A DNA stretch of 64,000 nt, from the NCBI GenBank assembly GCA_965261485.1, contig CBDHCY010000005.1:407641-471640 (forward strand), given 5' to 3'. Position 1 is the stretch's first letter; each line of letters starts with the position of its first letter. A model generated the notes under the pieces. That model searched no databases and was not told where the DNA came from. It was given only the letters and a program-made list of their open reading frames with translations. The position numbers and the translations under genes are program-made. The DNA is from Leptospiria bacterium (GTDB taxonomy: Bacteria; Spirochaetota; Leptospiria; Turneriellales; CBDBES01). Positions 23,501-32,537 of this stretch are shown piece by piece.

Positions 23501-23699
23501 TATTTATACTAATTTAAAAGAGTTCCCTTCTGATTTTTATATTCTTGCACAAAATTTAAGTATGAATATCCATACTAATATTATTGGAAAAATGCATTTT
23601 AAATCAGCACTTGAAATTCAGAGAGATCAAGAAACTAATCAAGAGCGTCAAAAAATTCTTGCTTTTGAAATTGGGCTTTCGATTCAAATTATTTTTTAA
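17577..23699 (+). CDS. Giant (2,040 aa) predicted outer-membrane protein, SprA-like
   Basis: Uninterrupted 6.1-kb ORF with an N-terminal hydrophobic anchor or signal. N-terminal motifs (KGKIGKRVLIDVNYDQN...REVTVGNVGFNFP, LGIEAKFKKGKLSF) resemble my recollection of SprA/Sov. It has Asp-rich Ca-binding-like inserts and a C-terminal beta-signal-like end (FEIGLSIQIIF). Confidence 0.55.
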   Translation: MLLEDSFPKTIASIFLKFFFIYIIFVGGLFLARYYLNEIEIWPFFYSWYAKESEKNTKTFLNERHHLNQKKNSKDVHKILSIRKYLEKKPRFNFDIPESSFIENSLVEASIYKDKNLPKIDEEFIKSAKYDTSGISGGLDGIELRVFGNSGVIMSYGFSNYLTKEDSRNDIVSANAINIREDFFLEAGLNLNLKGKIGKRVLIDVNYDQNERLLNNKIQLKYFALHKKEFVREVTVGNVGFNFPNDDSTEFKGFEKKDKETLGIEAKFKKGKLSFHSVATLIGGETATEIFTGNTHNIETIIPEYTYKARKYFQLEPFIYYDKKNISPIITKASYIRNNSDSLITFTSVPLNKSNKNYPTAVNIDSGSFEVWLDDQDGTNNRILNARTKKILGNNLGHYHLLQESDDYQINYKSGKLEFIKFIRSDSRIYVRYTRNRSDKDTADPSARTGVNGKIETFIYFGSSMNEDTNFDGTQNITIINDGKVNYDIYEVRSVYSLGAYNLQKSQLQLTIVDRNRSIIPGLNEQLGGYTVDFQRGLLSFYLREPFKALKNQNQEFILNDMEVKDIYSEIKIDSSEISRLMIEASLVEEIQNYKLQHPQIIQNSVQVTIDGIKIKPTLYIVDYLLGFLSFSDKRNPIISSGTRIEVTYQYSPFGQKTNGFILGLRSEYEMNRNIKLGNTLLYNAQLKNSQVPKIGEEPVSRFIIENDLKVNLGEKELTKFINYIPGIDLDLLPVRYNFYGEYTKSFYNPNTVNIALVDDMESSEDKIELSLSDRDWQLSSLPPSLGLTECDRAPLLYRYYRDLNNLELGPTRLNTPIQASPNYRQLAGPYNVAEGHLDFNQLKQAERQVSLVMDFDFSSGGKVASIVTRRFSPESNGQNLAQIEYIEFSAKLIDPIALSEGVSIRFDIGTINEDSDADSKLDTEDVGSDGINNDLNGDGLPDIGTSFSGGEQNGRIDQVVGGFTEDRGYHFNAPRICSGLNTRVGSGPAVSGNHRTDGNGVLNTEDLNGDGRLETTENVITFDELNRNYINFDIASGLHSSNIILSENWHLVRMYLNREALNDTQKQLLHRVKSIRLYVVPSGVGSANGKGRILIDNIKLGRSLWRRKKLQVNNVESDLEDTKILNISTIDNQDSRSEYANASFIAQERNEYEKLHGIQTNFERSRMREAALKINYNFNSSLCTTGVCKHAYVRRVFLRSLDLSSYNKINIWVNYRKLNTSDDYFFFRFGSSDNNYVEGTEKMNTLGWHLLSFDIPKQSEGEICPKIKQFHGCPNLKRVNTMILGVRNESSTGGSEGIIWVNDIFVSESNTQNDDFYMIKNDIKVIKPFYKTKGGVSIFDNFKVSYDKRYQGNNFFTLNQNFKNISMDANNLSFTSTLLPFLESAYTFSYVTSESFDNKLQEQKDFDGKLTRVTHSTQYDFKFENKYYPRVTVKYEYQNKSRDKQNLLNNVVDTEILNQSVEEYTYVPYISFYQKFLDFGGHKLTLEAKTGIQYFKKEENLILSDSFVIPKSTQNKKSKEQKDEMDSHLIYQWGDFRLQTSYFFRQVLLVNQNFTDNQISSLINGNFYFPFYITASDFRYVQRLSKYKLDLEYRNFWIFSPKLEYLFNYLENSFRDNSSSIIFSGLSFQRYKQPNSYARTNFSLNFDLKKISKKLSFFKKISTSFFREVSVNENFVPFSAKTGLFEDKYGLSSRFQTLFVRVYDLFSYPFWQHFTSKNRSHNNFSEGRAYIQMLNFSPISPSIEFEDVFSQYSQIIFLKEHMNMVINWSIFDGFLILNEAHLSQTISRRGNIGALPHQIVNLGVSVRPTIDLMKILNFWFWSKPLINKKNNGEYYQEKSSNLDINFRYENHLKVTSNISRKHYIPEFNLSFNWLNERSALQSLRFQTNLDFSNENESDFFITNGNQNDISIFENIQKSGNRFKKENISFGLSILYVFGIPLLREWLQELTGIKLKKNPKYRIEFIFNLNRFNYDIYTNLKEFPSDFYILAQNLSMNIHTNIIGKMHFKSALEIQRDQETNQERQKILAFEIGLSIQIIF

Positions 23700-23750
23700 T
23701 ATGATCAAGTAATTAAAAATAAGTTGCTAGTTTGATTCAATGAAGAATCC

Positions 23751-26132
23751 TTGGTTTCTTTTATTATGGGTATAAATGCATCGATCTTAACAAAAAATCG
23801 ATTATTTAATAGTTTATTATTATTGTTATTTGGATTCGTAGGGCTGATCGTTGAATTTTTATTGACTTCCAAAGAGCTTGGAGATACTTTTTCCTTTTTT
23901 TTATTTTTTTCTAAATTTATTGGTATTTGTGGCATTATTTATATTCTATATAACTTACTTATATATGTTAATTTTTTGGGTTTTGATCGTCTCAGGTCAG
24001 TTTCTCTTTTTTTTGGTATTACCGTTGGTATACTTTTTATTCTAGCAGACAAAAAATTAACTTTTTTTGAGCCGGTTAAAGAGTTTTCGATTGATGCTAG
24101 ATTTAGAATTTCCTCCATAGATTTTTCTCAAGAAGATATAGTACAAGGAGTTATAAGATATAGTGAAAATAAAAAGGCACATCCTTCACTTCAAATTATT
24201 GGCATTGATAATGCTACTGTGAATGAGTATCAAGAAGGTTTCCCCTTTACATGGAGACACTACTCAGATTTACTAAAAGCTCTTAATAAATCAAATTATA
24301 AGACCCTTCTTTTTGATATTTTTTTTCTTGATCAAAAAAAAGATAGTTTTGATCAAGAAAAAGGAAAAAAAGGTAAGCTGAGTACAGTTTTTCAAACTAA
24401 TCAAAAGGTTATGGCTGACTATCCTTTTGAAACTCAAGCGTATCCTTTATCTGAAGAACAGAGAATATTGTTTAAAAAAAAATTACGAATATTTAAAAAA
24501 AATGAAATCTTGAATGTGATACCTACTGAATATGATAGAAAAGCTGAATGGGTTAAGTTTCCAGAGCTTCTTCTTCTTGATATTTTGAAGAATTTATACG
24601 GTATTGGTTATGCAAATATTAGAAAGCAAGATACCGGAGTAAATCGAACTTTACCTTTGGTTATAAAGTGGCAGAATAAGATATATCCTTCTATTGATTT
24701 GGTTACCTTAGCACATTACTACAATATAAATATTCAAAAAGATATTGAGGTTAAACTTGGTTCTTATGTTAAATTAAAAAATATACCTGAAGCAACCATT
24801 CAAGTTTATGACAGAGATTCTAAAAATAACATCCTTGTAGATTCAAAAGGAAATTTTAAAAAAAAGTCGGTTGATATCATTGCAAAGCCTAACTCTGAGA
24901 GAAATATTACCATTCCTATTGATGGTGAAGGTTTTATGTATATTAATTTTATTGGTGGACCTTGGTCGTATCCTTCTATTTCATTTCATACAGTGGCTGA
25001 TTCAGGAGTAGGCTCTTTTTCTGGAAATAATGATCCATTCAAGGATAAAATTCTTTTGGTCGCCATTTACTATGCAACGGGGGTTGCGAAGGACGTTCAT
25101 GCCAGTCCTTTTGGTGATATTTCTGGTATCGAACATCATGCAAATGCCTTAAATACAATTTTGAAACAAGATTTTATCCGCTATGCACCCGCTTGGTTAA
25201 ATTACTTAATTTATGTTCTTACTGGGGCGATTTTAGGTTTTATTATTGCACGTTTTAAAATTACTTTAGTATTAGTAGGTATCTGTTTATTTTCTATATT
25301 ATTTGCTGTTGAATGTTTAATTGCTTTTAATCTTTTTAACTTTATACATGTCTTTTTTGTACCCTATATTGAGATTGCTATTGTGATGATTAGTGTTGTT
25401 GGATATAAAGTACTCAACGAAGAACAAAATGTAAAGTATATCGAATCAACTTTTTCAAAGTTTGTGTCTGCTGATGTTGTGCGAGAACTGTTAGAGAATC
25501 CAGAGTCCATTAGCTTAGGTGGTATCAGTAAAAATATAACTGTTTTTTTCTCTGACATAAGGGGTTTTACTACGATTTCTGAGTCATTGACACCCAAAGA
25601 TCTTGTCTCTCTTCTTAACGAATATTTTTCTGAAATGACAAAAATATGTCTCAGGTATTATGGAACAATTGATAAATATATGGGTGATGCGATTATGGCT
25701 TTTTGGGGGGCTCCTATTTATAATCAGCATCATCCATATCAAGCTTGTTTAACTGCTTTGGTCCAACTTGAAGTACTTAATAAGTTACAAAAAAAATGGA
25801 GGGCTGAAGGTAGACCTATTCTAGATATTGGAATTGGTTTAAATACTGGAAATGCTGTTGTTGGAAATATCGGCTCTTCTCTTCGTATGGATTATACTGT
25901 TATGGGTGATGTTGTAAATTTAGGCGCTCGTTTGGAAGGAATTAATAAGGTGTATGGAACAAAAATTATTATTTCTGAAAGTACTTACCAAGCAGTGAAA
26001 GATAAAGTTATTAGTAGAGAACTTGATTCCATACGAGTAAAAGGTAAAAGTCAACCCATTTTAGTCTATGAGCTTATTGACGTTAAAAATCAAGGAGATT
26101 TTATCTCTTTTGCAAAGAAAAAAAATAATTAA
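23751..26132 (+). CDS. CHASE2 sensor domain-containing class III adenylate/guanylate cyclase
   Basis: The C-terminal cyclase motifs are FFSDIRGFTTISE, GDAIMAFWGAP and GLNTGNAVVGNIGS..R.DYTVMGDVVNLGARLE. A long N-terminal periplasmic region is followed by three transmembrane helices (CHASE2 architecture). The start is either TTG 23751 or ATG 23766. Confidence 0.85.
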   Translation: MVSFIMGINASILTKNRLFNSLLLLLFGFVGLIVEFLLTSKELGDTFSFFLFFSKFIGICGIIYILYNLLIYVNFLGFDRLRSVSLFFGITVGILFILADKKLTFFEPVKEFSIDARFRISSIDFSQEDIVQGVIRYSENKKAHPSLQIIGIDNATVNEYQEGFPFTWRHYSDLLKALNKSNYKTLLFDIFFLDQKKDSFDQEKGKKGKLSTVFQTNQKVMADYPFETQAYPLSEEQRILFKKKLRIFKKNEILNVIPTEYDRKAEWVKFPELLLLDILKNLYGIGYANIRKQDTGVNRTLPLVIKWQNKIYPSIDLVTLAHYYNINIQKDIEVKLGSYVKLKNIPEATIQVYDRDSKNNILVDSKGNFKKKSVDIIAKPNSERNITIPIDGEGFMYINFIGGPWSYPSISFHTVADSGVGSFSGNNDPFKDKILLVAIYYATGVAKDVHASPFGDISGIEHHANALNTILKQDFIRYAPAWLNYLIYVLTGAILGFIIARFKITLVLVGICLFSILFAVECLIAFNLFNFIHVFFVPYIEIAIVMISVVGYKVLNEEQNVKYIESTFSKFVSADVVRELLENPESISLGGISKNITVFFSDIRGFTTISESLTPKDLVSLLNEYFSEMTKICLRYYGTIDKYMGDAIMAFWGAPIYNQHHPYQACLTALVQLEVLNKLQKKWRAEGRPILDIGIGLNTGNAVVGNIGSSLRMDYTVMGDVVNLGARLEGINKVYGTKIIISESTYQAVKDKVISRELDSIRVKGKSQPILVYELIDVKNQGDFISFAKKKNN

Positions 26133-26197
26133 AAGTAATATTATTATTTCAATTCTTAATAATTTATCTGTTAAGCATTATAATTAAATTTATTGAA

Positions 26198-26233
26198 TAA
26201 CTGACAATCTTTTTAAAAAAAGATTGTCAGTTA
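26198..26233 (+). terminator. Rho-independent terminator-like hairpin after the cyclase gene
   Basis: Long perfect inverted repeat taactgacaatcttttt / aaaaagattgtcagtta, followed a few nt later by TTTTTT. Confidence 0.55.
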
Positions 26234-26262
26234 GGTTCTGTTTTTTACTCTGATATTGAAAA

Positions 26263-26520
26263 ATGTTAGTGAAAAAAGATATTATTGATAAATTCAGTAA
26301 GCATAATGGGGATACGGGTTCCTCTGAAGTGCAAATTGCTCTTTTAACTAATCGTATTGATGGTCTAAAAACTCATTTTCAAGATCATAAAAAAGACCAT
26401 CATTCTCGATTGGGACTTCTCAAAATGGTTGGAAAAAGGCGACGTCTTTTAAGTTACTTGAAAAAAACAAATAATAGTTCTTATACAAGCTTAATTAATA
26501 AGCTTGGTTTACGTAAATAG
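26263..26520 (+). CDS. rpsO: 30S ribosomal protein S15
   Basis: 85 aa. Contains [39 protein letters not shown]. Confidence 0.95.
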   Translation: MLVKKDIIDKFSKHNGDTGSSEVQIALLTNRIDGLKTHFQDHKKDHHSRLGLLKMVGKRRRLLSYLKKTNNSSYTSLINKLGLRK

Positions 26521-26530
26521 AGATAGAAAA

Positions 26531-28633
26531 ATGCATACAATTGAAAAAACTCAGGTATTAAATAGTGAATATACTTTCGAAACAGGTAAATGGGCAAAGC
26601 AAGCGAATGGCTCAATTGTCCTTCGATGGAAAAATATAGTCTTGATGTCTAATGCGACATCGGCAAAAGAGGCTAAGGAGGGAGCGAGTTTTTTTCCTTT
26701 AACTGTTGATTTTCGAGAGAAATATTATGCTGCTGGTGAATTTGTAGGAGGTTTTCATAAAAGAGAAGGAAGGCCTTCAAATAAAGAAATTTTAATTTGT
26801 AGGCTTGTTGATCGTCCAATTCGGCCATTATTTCCAAAGAGTTTTTTAAATGAATTACAAATTTTTATTACACTTTTGAGTGCTGATCAAGAGTACCTAG
26901 CCGATGTTCATGCTATTACAGCTGCTTCGGCTTCTCTTATGGTTTCAAATATACCGTTTGACGGTCCTGTTGCTGGAGTTCGTGTCGGACGTATTGATGA
27001 AAAATTAATCTTATTTCCATCAAAAGAAGAGATTAAACAATCAGATTTGAATATTATTCTAGCTGGAACGGAGCAAGCTGTGACAATGATTGAGGGCTCT
27101 GCTTCAGAAGTAAGTGAAGAATTTATGCATGAAGCCATCCGTTTTGGGCATAAAGAGATTAAGAGACTTTGTGAGGTTCAAAAACCTCTTAAACGTCTCG
27201 TTAATTCCTCACCACTTCAAGTGCCTGAAAAAGAAGATCATTCATCTCTTGAAAAAAAAGTTAATGAAATCGGTTATAAAAAAATGAGTAAAGCGAGTGA
27301 AAGTGGAGATAAACATACTCGAAAAAAAAATATTGATATTGTTCAAGGAGAAATTATTGATGAATTTACAGATATCTTTCGTTCAGAGGGTTTTACGGAA
27401 GATGAAATTAGTAAAAAAAACTATACTGTAAAAAGTTTTATCAATAAAATTGAAGTAGATATTATTCGTAATCAAATTTTTAAAGATGGTATTCGTGCAG
27501 ATAAGCGTGGGCTTGATGAAGTACGACCTATTAGTATTGAATTAGGTATTTTACCTAGTACCCATGGTTCTGCAATTTTTACAAGAGGAGAAACTCAATC
27601 GCTAGGTGTCGTTACTCTTGGTTCAGAAGCAAATGCTCAAATTGTAGATGACGTTGATGGTGAAAATAAAGATCATTTTTATCTTCATTATAATTTTTTA
27701 CCTTTTAGTGTTGGTGAAGTTCGTCGCTATGGTGGTCCTGGTCGAAGAGAAATTGGACATGGAAAACTTGCTGAAAATGCTCTTCGCTCATCTATTCTTG
27801 AATTAGAGAAATTTCCATATGTAATTCGTATTGTTTCTGAAATACTTGAATCAAATGGTTCTTCTTCTATGGCTACTATTTGTTCTGGTTCTCTAGCTTT
27901 AATGGATGCAGGTGTACCTATCAAGCGAGCTGTTGCTGGTATTGCTATGGGTCTTATTATGGAAGGCAGTCAATATGCCATATTATCTGATATAGCAGGT
28001 TTAGAAGATCATTTTGGTGATATGGATTTTAAAGTAGCTGGAACAGAAAAAGGTATTACTGCTTTTCAATTAGATACGAAAGTACAAGGGATTAGTGATG
28101 AAATTATTAAAAATGCACTAGAACAAGCCAAGAAAGGTCGACTTGAAATTTTAAAGGCTATGGATCAAGTGATTCATAAATCTCGTCCTGATGTTTCAGA
28201 ACGAGCACCTGGAATTATTATAACTAAAATTGATAAGGCGAATATTGGTGGTCTTATTGGTCCTGGGGGTAATAATATTCGATCTCTCTCTGAACAAACT
28301 GGAGCTGAGATTATTGTAAAAGACGACGGTAGTGTGAGCATTTATTCACGAACAAAAGAAGCTGCTAAAAAAGCTAAAATGATGATTGATGGTCAATTTG
28401 CTGAAGCTAAAATAAACGAAATATATGATGGTACTGTTTTAACATTAAAAGACTTTGGTGCTTTTGTTGAAATATTACCTGGTAAATCTGGTCTTTGTCA
28501 TATTTCTAAAGTTTCACATGAAAGAGTGACTAATATTGAAGATTTTTTATCTGTTGGACAGAAAGTAAAAGTGAAGGTGCTTGATGTTGATCGTCAAGGA
28601 CGCCTTAATTTATCAATCAAAGACGCTCAGTGA
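26531..28633 (+). CDS. pnp: Polyribonucleotide nucleotidyltransferase (PNPase)
   Basis: Two RNase PH domains, a KH domain (IGGLIGPGGNNIRSL) and a C-terminal S1 domain (GTVLTLKDFGAFVEILPGKSGLCHISK), in conserved rpsO-pnp synteny. ATG 26531 is preferred over the overlapping upstream start. Confidence 0.95.
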   Translation: MHTIEKTQVLNSEYTFETGKWAKQANGSIVLRWKNIVLMSNATSAKEAKEGASFFPLTVDFREKYYAAGEFVGGFHKREGRPSNKEILICRLVDRPIRPLFPKSFLNELQIFITLLSADQEYLADVHAITAASASLMVSNIPFDGPVAGVRVGRIDEKLILFPSKEEIKQSDLNIILAGTEQAVTMIEGSASEVSEEFMHEAIRFGHKEIKRLCEVQKPLKRLVNSSPLQVPEKEDHSSLEKKVNEIGYKKMSKASESGDKHTRKKNIDIVQGEIIDEFTDIFRSEGFTEDEISKKNYTVKSFINKIEVDIIRNQIFKDGIRADKRGLDEVRPISIELGILPSTHGSAIFTRGETQSLGVVTLGSEANAQIVDDVDGENKDHFYLHYNFLPFSVGEVRRYGGPGRREIGHGKLAENALRSSILELEKFPYVIRIVSEILESNGSSSMATICSGSLALMDAGVPIKRAVAGIAMGLIMEGSQYAILSDIAGLEDHFGDMDFKVAGTEKGITAFQLDTKVQGISDEIIKNALEQAKKGRLEILKAMDQVIHKSRPDVSERAPGIIITKIDKANIGGLIGPGGNNIRSLSEQTGAEIIVKDDGSVSIYSRTKEAAKKAKMMIDGQFAEAKINEIYDGTVLTLKDFGAFVEILPGKSGLCHISKVSHERVTNIEDFLSVGQKVKVKVLDVDRQGRLNLSIKDAQ

Positions 28634-29955
28634 GCACTATTTTTCAATCTATTGAAAAATTTACTCTGGAAAATGGATTTCAGGTTGTTTTAGAGAATAT
28701 TCCTTATCGTAACTCTGCTTCTGTGGGTATATGGGTGCCTATTGGGTCGCGATGTGAATCAGAATTAGAAATGGGTTATTCTCATTTTACTGAGCATATG
28801 CTATTTAAAGGAACAAAAAAAAGAAATTATACACAAATATCTTTAGAAATTGATCGGTTAGGTGGTCATATGAATGCTTCCACCTCAAAGGAGATTACTA
28901 ATTATTATATAACTTTGAGCCCTAAATATATATCAATTGCTTTAGATACTTTATCTGATATATTTTTTGAATCTGTAATTCCGTCAAATGAGTTTGATAT
29001 TGAAAAAAAAGTAATTTTAGAAGAAATTAAAATGGGACAAGATAACCCAGATGATTATTTATTTGATCTTTTTTATCAGGATTTCTTTGGAAATACACCT
29101 TTAGGACGACCCATTCCAGGTACTTGTGAGTCAATAGCTAGTTCTTCAAGGGATATGTTATATACTTATTATACTAAACATTATAGTTCAAAAAGTTCCG
29201 TTTTATCTTTGGCGGGGGGGCTTTGGAATTCTGAATCAGATAAAATAAAATTAAAATCAATAATTCATAAACTTTTTGATAATCGCTATATTTTAAAAAA
29301 AGAAGCAAGTTTTCAAACAACTCATGAAAATAAAGCTAGAGAAAAAAGATTAGTACATCATCAAAATAAAAAATTAGAACAAGTTCATTTTGTTTTTGGT
29401 CTTCCAGGCATTTCACAAATGGAAAAAGATGACGTTTCTTTACAAATTTTTACCCATTTGTTGGGTGGTACAATGTCATCACGACTTTTTCGTAAATTAC
29501 GAGAAGAACATGGTCTTTGTTATTCTGTTGGTTCATTTCATTCACGATATTATCGCGAGGGTCTCTGGGGTATTTACTGCGGAACATCAAAAAAGTCTTT
29601 TTTTGATGCTATTCAACTTATGTTTGAAGTATTACAAAATTCCTTTTTAGAGGTTATTCCAGAAAAAGAAATTTTAGAAACCAAGGCAGGTTTAGCGGGT
29701 TCAATTGAGTTAGCTATGGAACTTCCTATCCAAAGAGCAAGCTATAATGCTAAATCTTTATTATACCATACCTCTTTACGTGATTGGAAACAAGAAATTC
29801 ATAAAATTGAAGAGATTCAATCTGAAAAAATTATGATGGATATTCATAGACTCTGGTCCAAAAAGGAATATACTCTTACTTCCTTAGGAAATCTTGACAG
29901 AGAAGAAATAGAAAATCATGTTACGTCATTGCATCCAGCTATTTTATTAAATTAG
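28630..29955 (+). CDS. M16 family (pitrilysin/insulinase-like) zinc peptidase
   Basis: Has the inverted zinc motif HFTEHMLFKGT. The GTG start overlaps the pnp stop. The pnp-M16 peptidase synteny is common. Confidence 0.85.
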   Translation: MSTIFQSIEKFTLENGFQVVLENIPYRNSASVGIWVPIGSRCESELEMGYSHFTEHMLFKGTKKRNYTQISLEIDRLGGHMNASTSKEITNYYITLSPKYISIALDTLSDIFFESVIPSNEFDIEKKVILEEIKMGQDNPDDYLFDLFYQDFFGNTPLGRPIPGTCESIASSSRDMLYTYYTKHYSSKSSVLSLAGGLWNSESDKIKLKSIIHKLFDNRYILKKEASFQTTHENKAREKRLVHHQNKKLEQVHFVFGLPGISQMEKDDVSLQIFTHLLGGTMSSRLFRKLREEHGLCYSVGSFHSRYYREGLWGIYCGTSKKSFFDAIQLMFEVLQNSFLEVIPEKEILETKAGLAGSIELAMELPIQRASYNAKSLLYHTSLRDWKQEIHKIEEIQSEKIMMDIHRLWSKKEYTLTSLGNLDREEIENHVTSLHPAILLN

Positions 29956-30018
29956 TTTTTATTATGGTATTTACTTGTTCCTAATAATTTTTTGTAAAAC
30001 TTTTTTGAATTGATATTT

Positions 30019-31194
30019 TTATGTTAAATAGTTGGCGTTAATTTTAACGTATTCTTCAGTTAGGTCACAGCCATAGACTCGCCAAGAGGCATTTCCAATA
30101 TTTAAATTAACTTCTAAAAATATTTCTTCATTTTTTTTTAAATAATGAGAAAGTGTTTGGTTTATATTTGAGTCATTTTTTTGCTTTTTCTCGCCCCAAG
30201 ATAATTGAATTTTATCGGGTATAATGTGTGCCTGAGAAGTTTTTCCAATCGCCATATAAATTCGTCCCCAATTTGGATTGCTTTTAGATATGGCTGTCTT
30301 AACTAAAGGAGAATTAATAATATTTTTGCCTACGCTTCGAGCATCATTTTCATTAACTGCACCTTTAACATCCACAATAAAAAGCTTACTAGCTCCCTCT
30401 CCATCACGGGCAAGCCATCGAGTCATTTGAATTGACATTTCTTCAAATGTTTTTGAGAATTTATTTTCATCTACTTCATGAGCTAATCCATTGGCCATAA
30501 TAAATAAAGTATCTGAAGTTGACATATCTGAGTCAATAGATAAACTATTAAATGTTTTGTCTATGATGGGTTGTGTGATTGTACGAAGACAGTCTGAGGA
30601 AATTTTAGCATCTGTGAAAAAATAAGATAACGTTGTTGCCATATTTGGCTCAATCATTCCTGAGCCCTTTGTTACTCCAACAATCTTTACTTTACCTATT
30701 TGTGATGATATATATTTAGGGAAGGTATCTGTTGTCATGATTGCTTTAGAAAAATTTTCAAAATTTGGTGGAGTTGTTAGCTGGGTCGATAAAGAGTTTA
30801 ATGCTGAGCATATTTTATCAACGGGTAAATTAATACCGATAGCACCAGTTGAAGATGGAAAAATAGAATGAAGAGGTATTTTCATTTGGCTAGCTACTTT
30901 TTGGCATACATTTATACAATTTTCATAACCTTGTTTTCCTGTAGAAACATTTGAGTTTTTTGAATTGACTACAAGTGCTCTAAAATTATTTTTTTGATAG
31001 TGTTTTTGTGCTACTTTAATTGGTTCACCTTTAATTTTATTTTTTGTAAAAAAAGCGGCTGATGTACAAACTTTTTCTGAAACAACGACACCCAAATCAA
31101 GAGATTTATCTTTTATACCACAATTAGTCACAAAAGTATGAAAGCCTTTAGGTAAATATTTTAAAGCTTTTGGTTTTTTAGAAAATGTTACCAC
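30019..31194 (-). CDS. argJ: Bifunctional glutamate N-acetyltransferase / amino-acid acetyltransferase
   Basis: 391 aa. N-terminus LPKGFHTFVTNCGIK, autoprocessing region PNMATTLSYFFTDA, and the typical C-terminal YVKINANYLT ending. The GTG start overlaps the DUF58 stop by 7 nt. Confidence 0.9.
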   Translation of the reverse strand: MVTFSKKPKALKYLPKGFHTFVTNCGIKDKSLDLGVVVSEKVCTSAAFFTKNKIKGEPIKVAQKHYQKNNFRALVVNSKNSNVSTGKQGYENCINVCQKVASQMKIPLHSIFPSSTGAIGINLPVDKICSALNSLSTQLTTPPNFENFSKAIMTTDTFPKYISSQIGKVKIVGVTKGSGMIEPNMATTLSYFFTDAKISSDCLRTITQPIIDKTFNSLSIDSDMSTSDTLFIMANGLAHEVDENKFSKTFEEMSIQMTRWLARDGEGASKLFIVDVKGAVNENDARSVGKNIINSPLVKTAISKSNPNWGRIYMAIGKTSQAHIIPDKIQLSWGEKKQKNDSNINQTLSHYLKKNEEIFLEVNLNIGNASWRVYGCDLTEEYVKINANYLT

Positions 31195-32465
31195 TTTAGT
31201 TCAAAATAATTAGTGATAATTTTTTGATATAAATTTTCAGGGTGATCATTTATGTATAATAAATGATTATGTTTAAAAAAAAGATCTTCACTTTTTTTCT
31301 CTTTTAGAAGGTGAATTCTCGCCCAAAGATAAGCAAGGTCATGAGAATTTTCATAATAATATTTGAAAAGTCGGATGGGATTTACCCAAATTATTTGATA
31401 ATTTTTACTTAAAAGATAAATTACCTCCCTTTGAGCATAAATTTGCTCAAAATTTAAAAATGGAGATAACAAAATTAAAATACTTTTTTTTTGTAATTTA
31501 TTCTTTACAAAATTATAAAGCTCCATTAGGTTCATATGCTCATAACTTTCTTCAACACGTTGTAGCCTTTTAAAAATAGAAGATAAGTTTCTTTTAGAAA
31601 GGTCTGGTGGAATATATAAATCAATTTTATCTGAAAATGTGAGTAGACCAGTCTCATCTTGATTTTTTATAAAAGTAGAAGCTAATTGAAAAGCAAGTGC
31701 TGTCTGATAATCAGTATATTGATATTTTTTATAATCAAAGCGACTTGAAATACCTGTATTTAATATAATTAGAGTTTTACGATTTTGCTCTTTTTGATAT
31801 TCGTTCACATAAATTTCATTGAAACTCCCGGCAGTTTTTTGCCAATTAATATTTTTAAGAGAATCACCAAATTGATATAAACGGATTCCATAAAAATCAC
31901 TTTCTCCAGATATATGATATCGTTGATTTATTCTTCCTACTTTTTTTTTCTCTTGATTAACTAAATGAAGAATGGGTGGTGCTATAAAAATTTTATGTTT
32001 GTGAATAAGTTTACGATATCGGGTAAATATACCCAACCTTGTTTGATATCCTATATAAAATTCAATATCATGATAAGTACCTTTGCTTTTACCTTTAAAT
32101 TTGAAAAAAGTATCAGATTTGTATAATGTATATATACGGGGAGAAAATTCGGCAGGCAAAAAAATTTTCAAAAAGAATTCTGAATTAAATTGATTCCAAT
32201 CAATAGTAATTTCTTGAAAACGGTTAAGTTCCATAAAATTAGGCCAATTGATATCAAAAGAAATTTTGTTAAATTCTTTTTCTAAGCAAATATTGCTATG
32301 GCGTAGGTCATAAATGAGTACATATATGAGTAATATAATATAAGGGATAAAAATTTTTGGAATAAGAATAGGTATTAAACTTGAAAGCCAAAGTAGACTT
32401 AAAATTTTTCGATCTCCAGGAAAAAAATATTTTTTAGATGTAATTTGCTTTGCTGAATAATGCAT
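31188..32465 (-). CDS. DUF58 domain-containing membrane protein
   Basis: 425 aa with two N-terminal transmembrane helices and the DUF58 core motif IRLYQFGDSLKNINWQKTA. It lies directly downstream of the MoxR ATPase, the usual pairing. Confidence 0.8.
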   Translation of the reverse strand: MHYSAKQITSKKYFFPGDRKILSLLWLSSLIPILIPKIFIPYIILLIYVLIYDLRHSNICLEKEFNKISFDINWPNFMELNRFQEITIDWNQFNSEFFLKIFLPAEFSPRIYTLYKSDTFFKFKGKSKGTYHDIEFYIGYQTRLGIFTRYRKLIHKHKIFIAPPILHLVNQEKKKVGRINQRYHISGESDFYGIRLYQFGDSLKNINWQKTAGSFNEIYVNEYQKEQNRKTLIILNTGISSRFDYKKYQYTDYQTALAFQLASTFIKNQDETGLLTFSDKIDLYIPPDLSKRNLSSIFKRLQRVEESYEHMNLMELYNFVKNKLQKKSILILLSPFLNFEQIYAQREVIYLLSKNYQIIWVNPIRLFKYYYENSHDLAYLWARIHLLKEKKSEDLFFKHNHLLYINDHPENLYQKIITNYFELKW

Positions 32466-32537
32466 ATTAGTTATTTTATGAAAGAGGCTGTGCTTACCTC
32501 ATGTTTGGGTTAAATCTCCTTATAAAAAAAATATATT

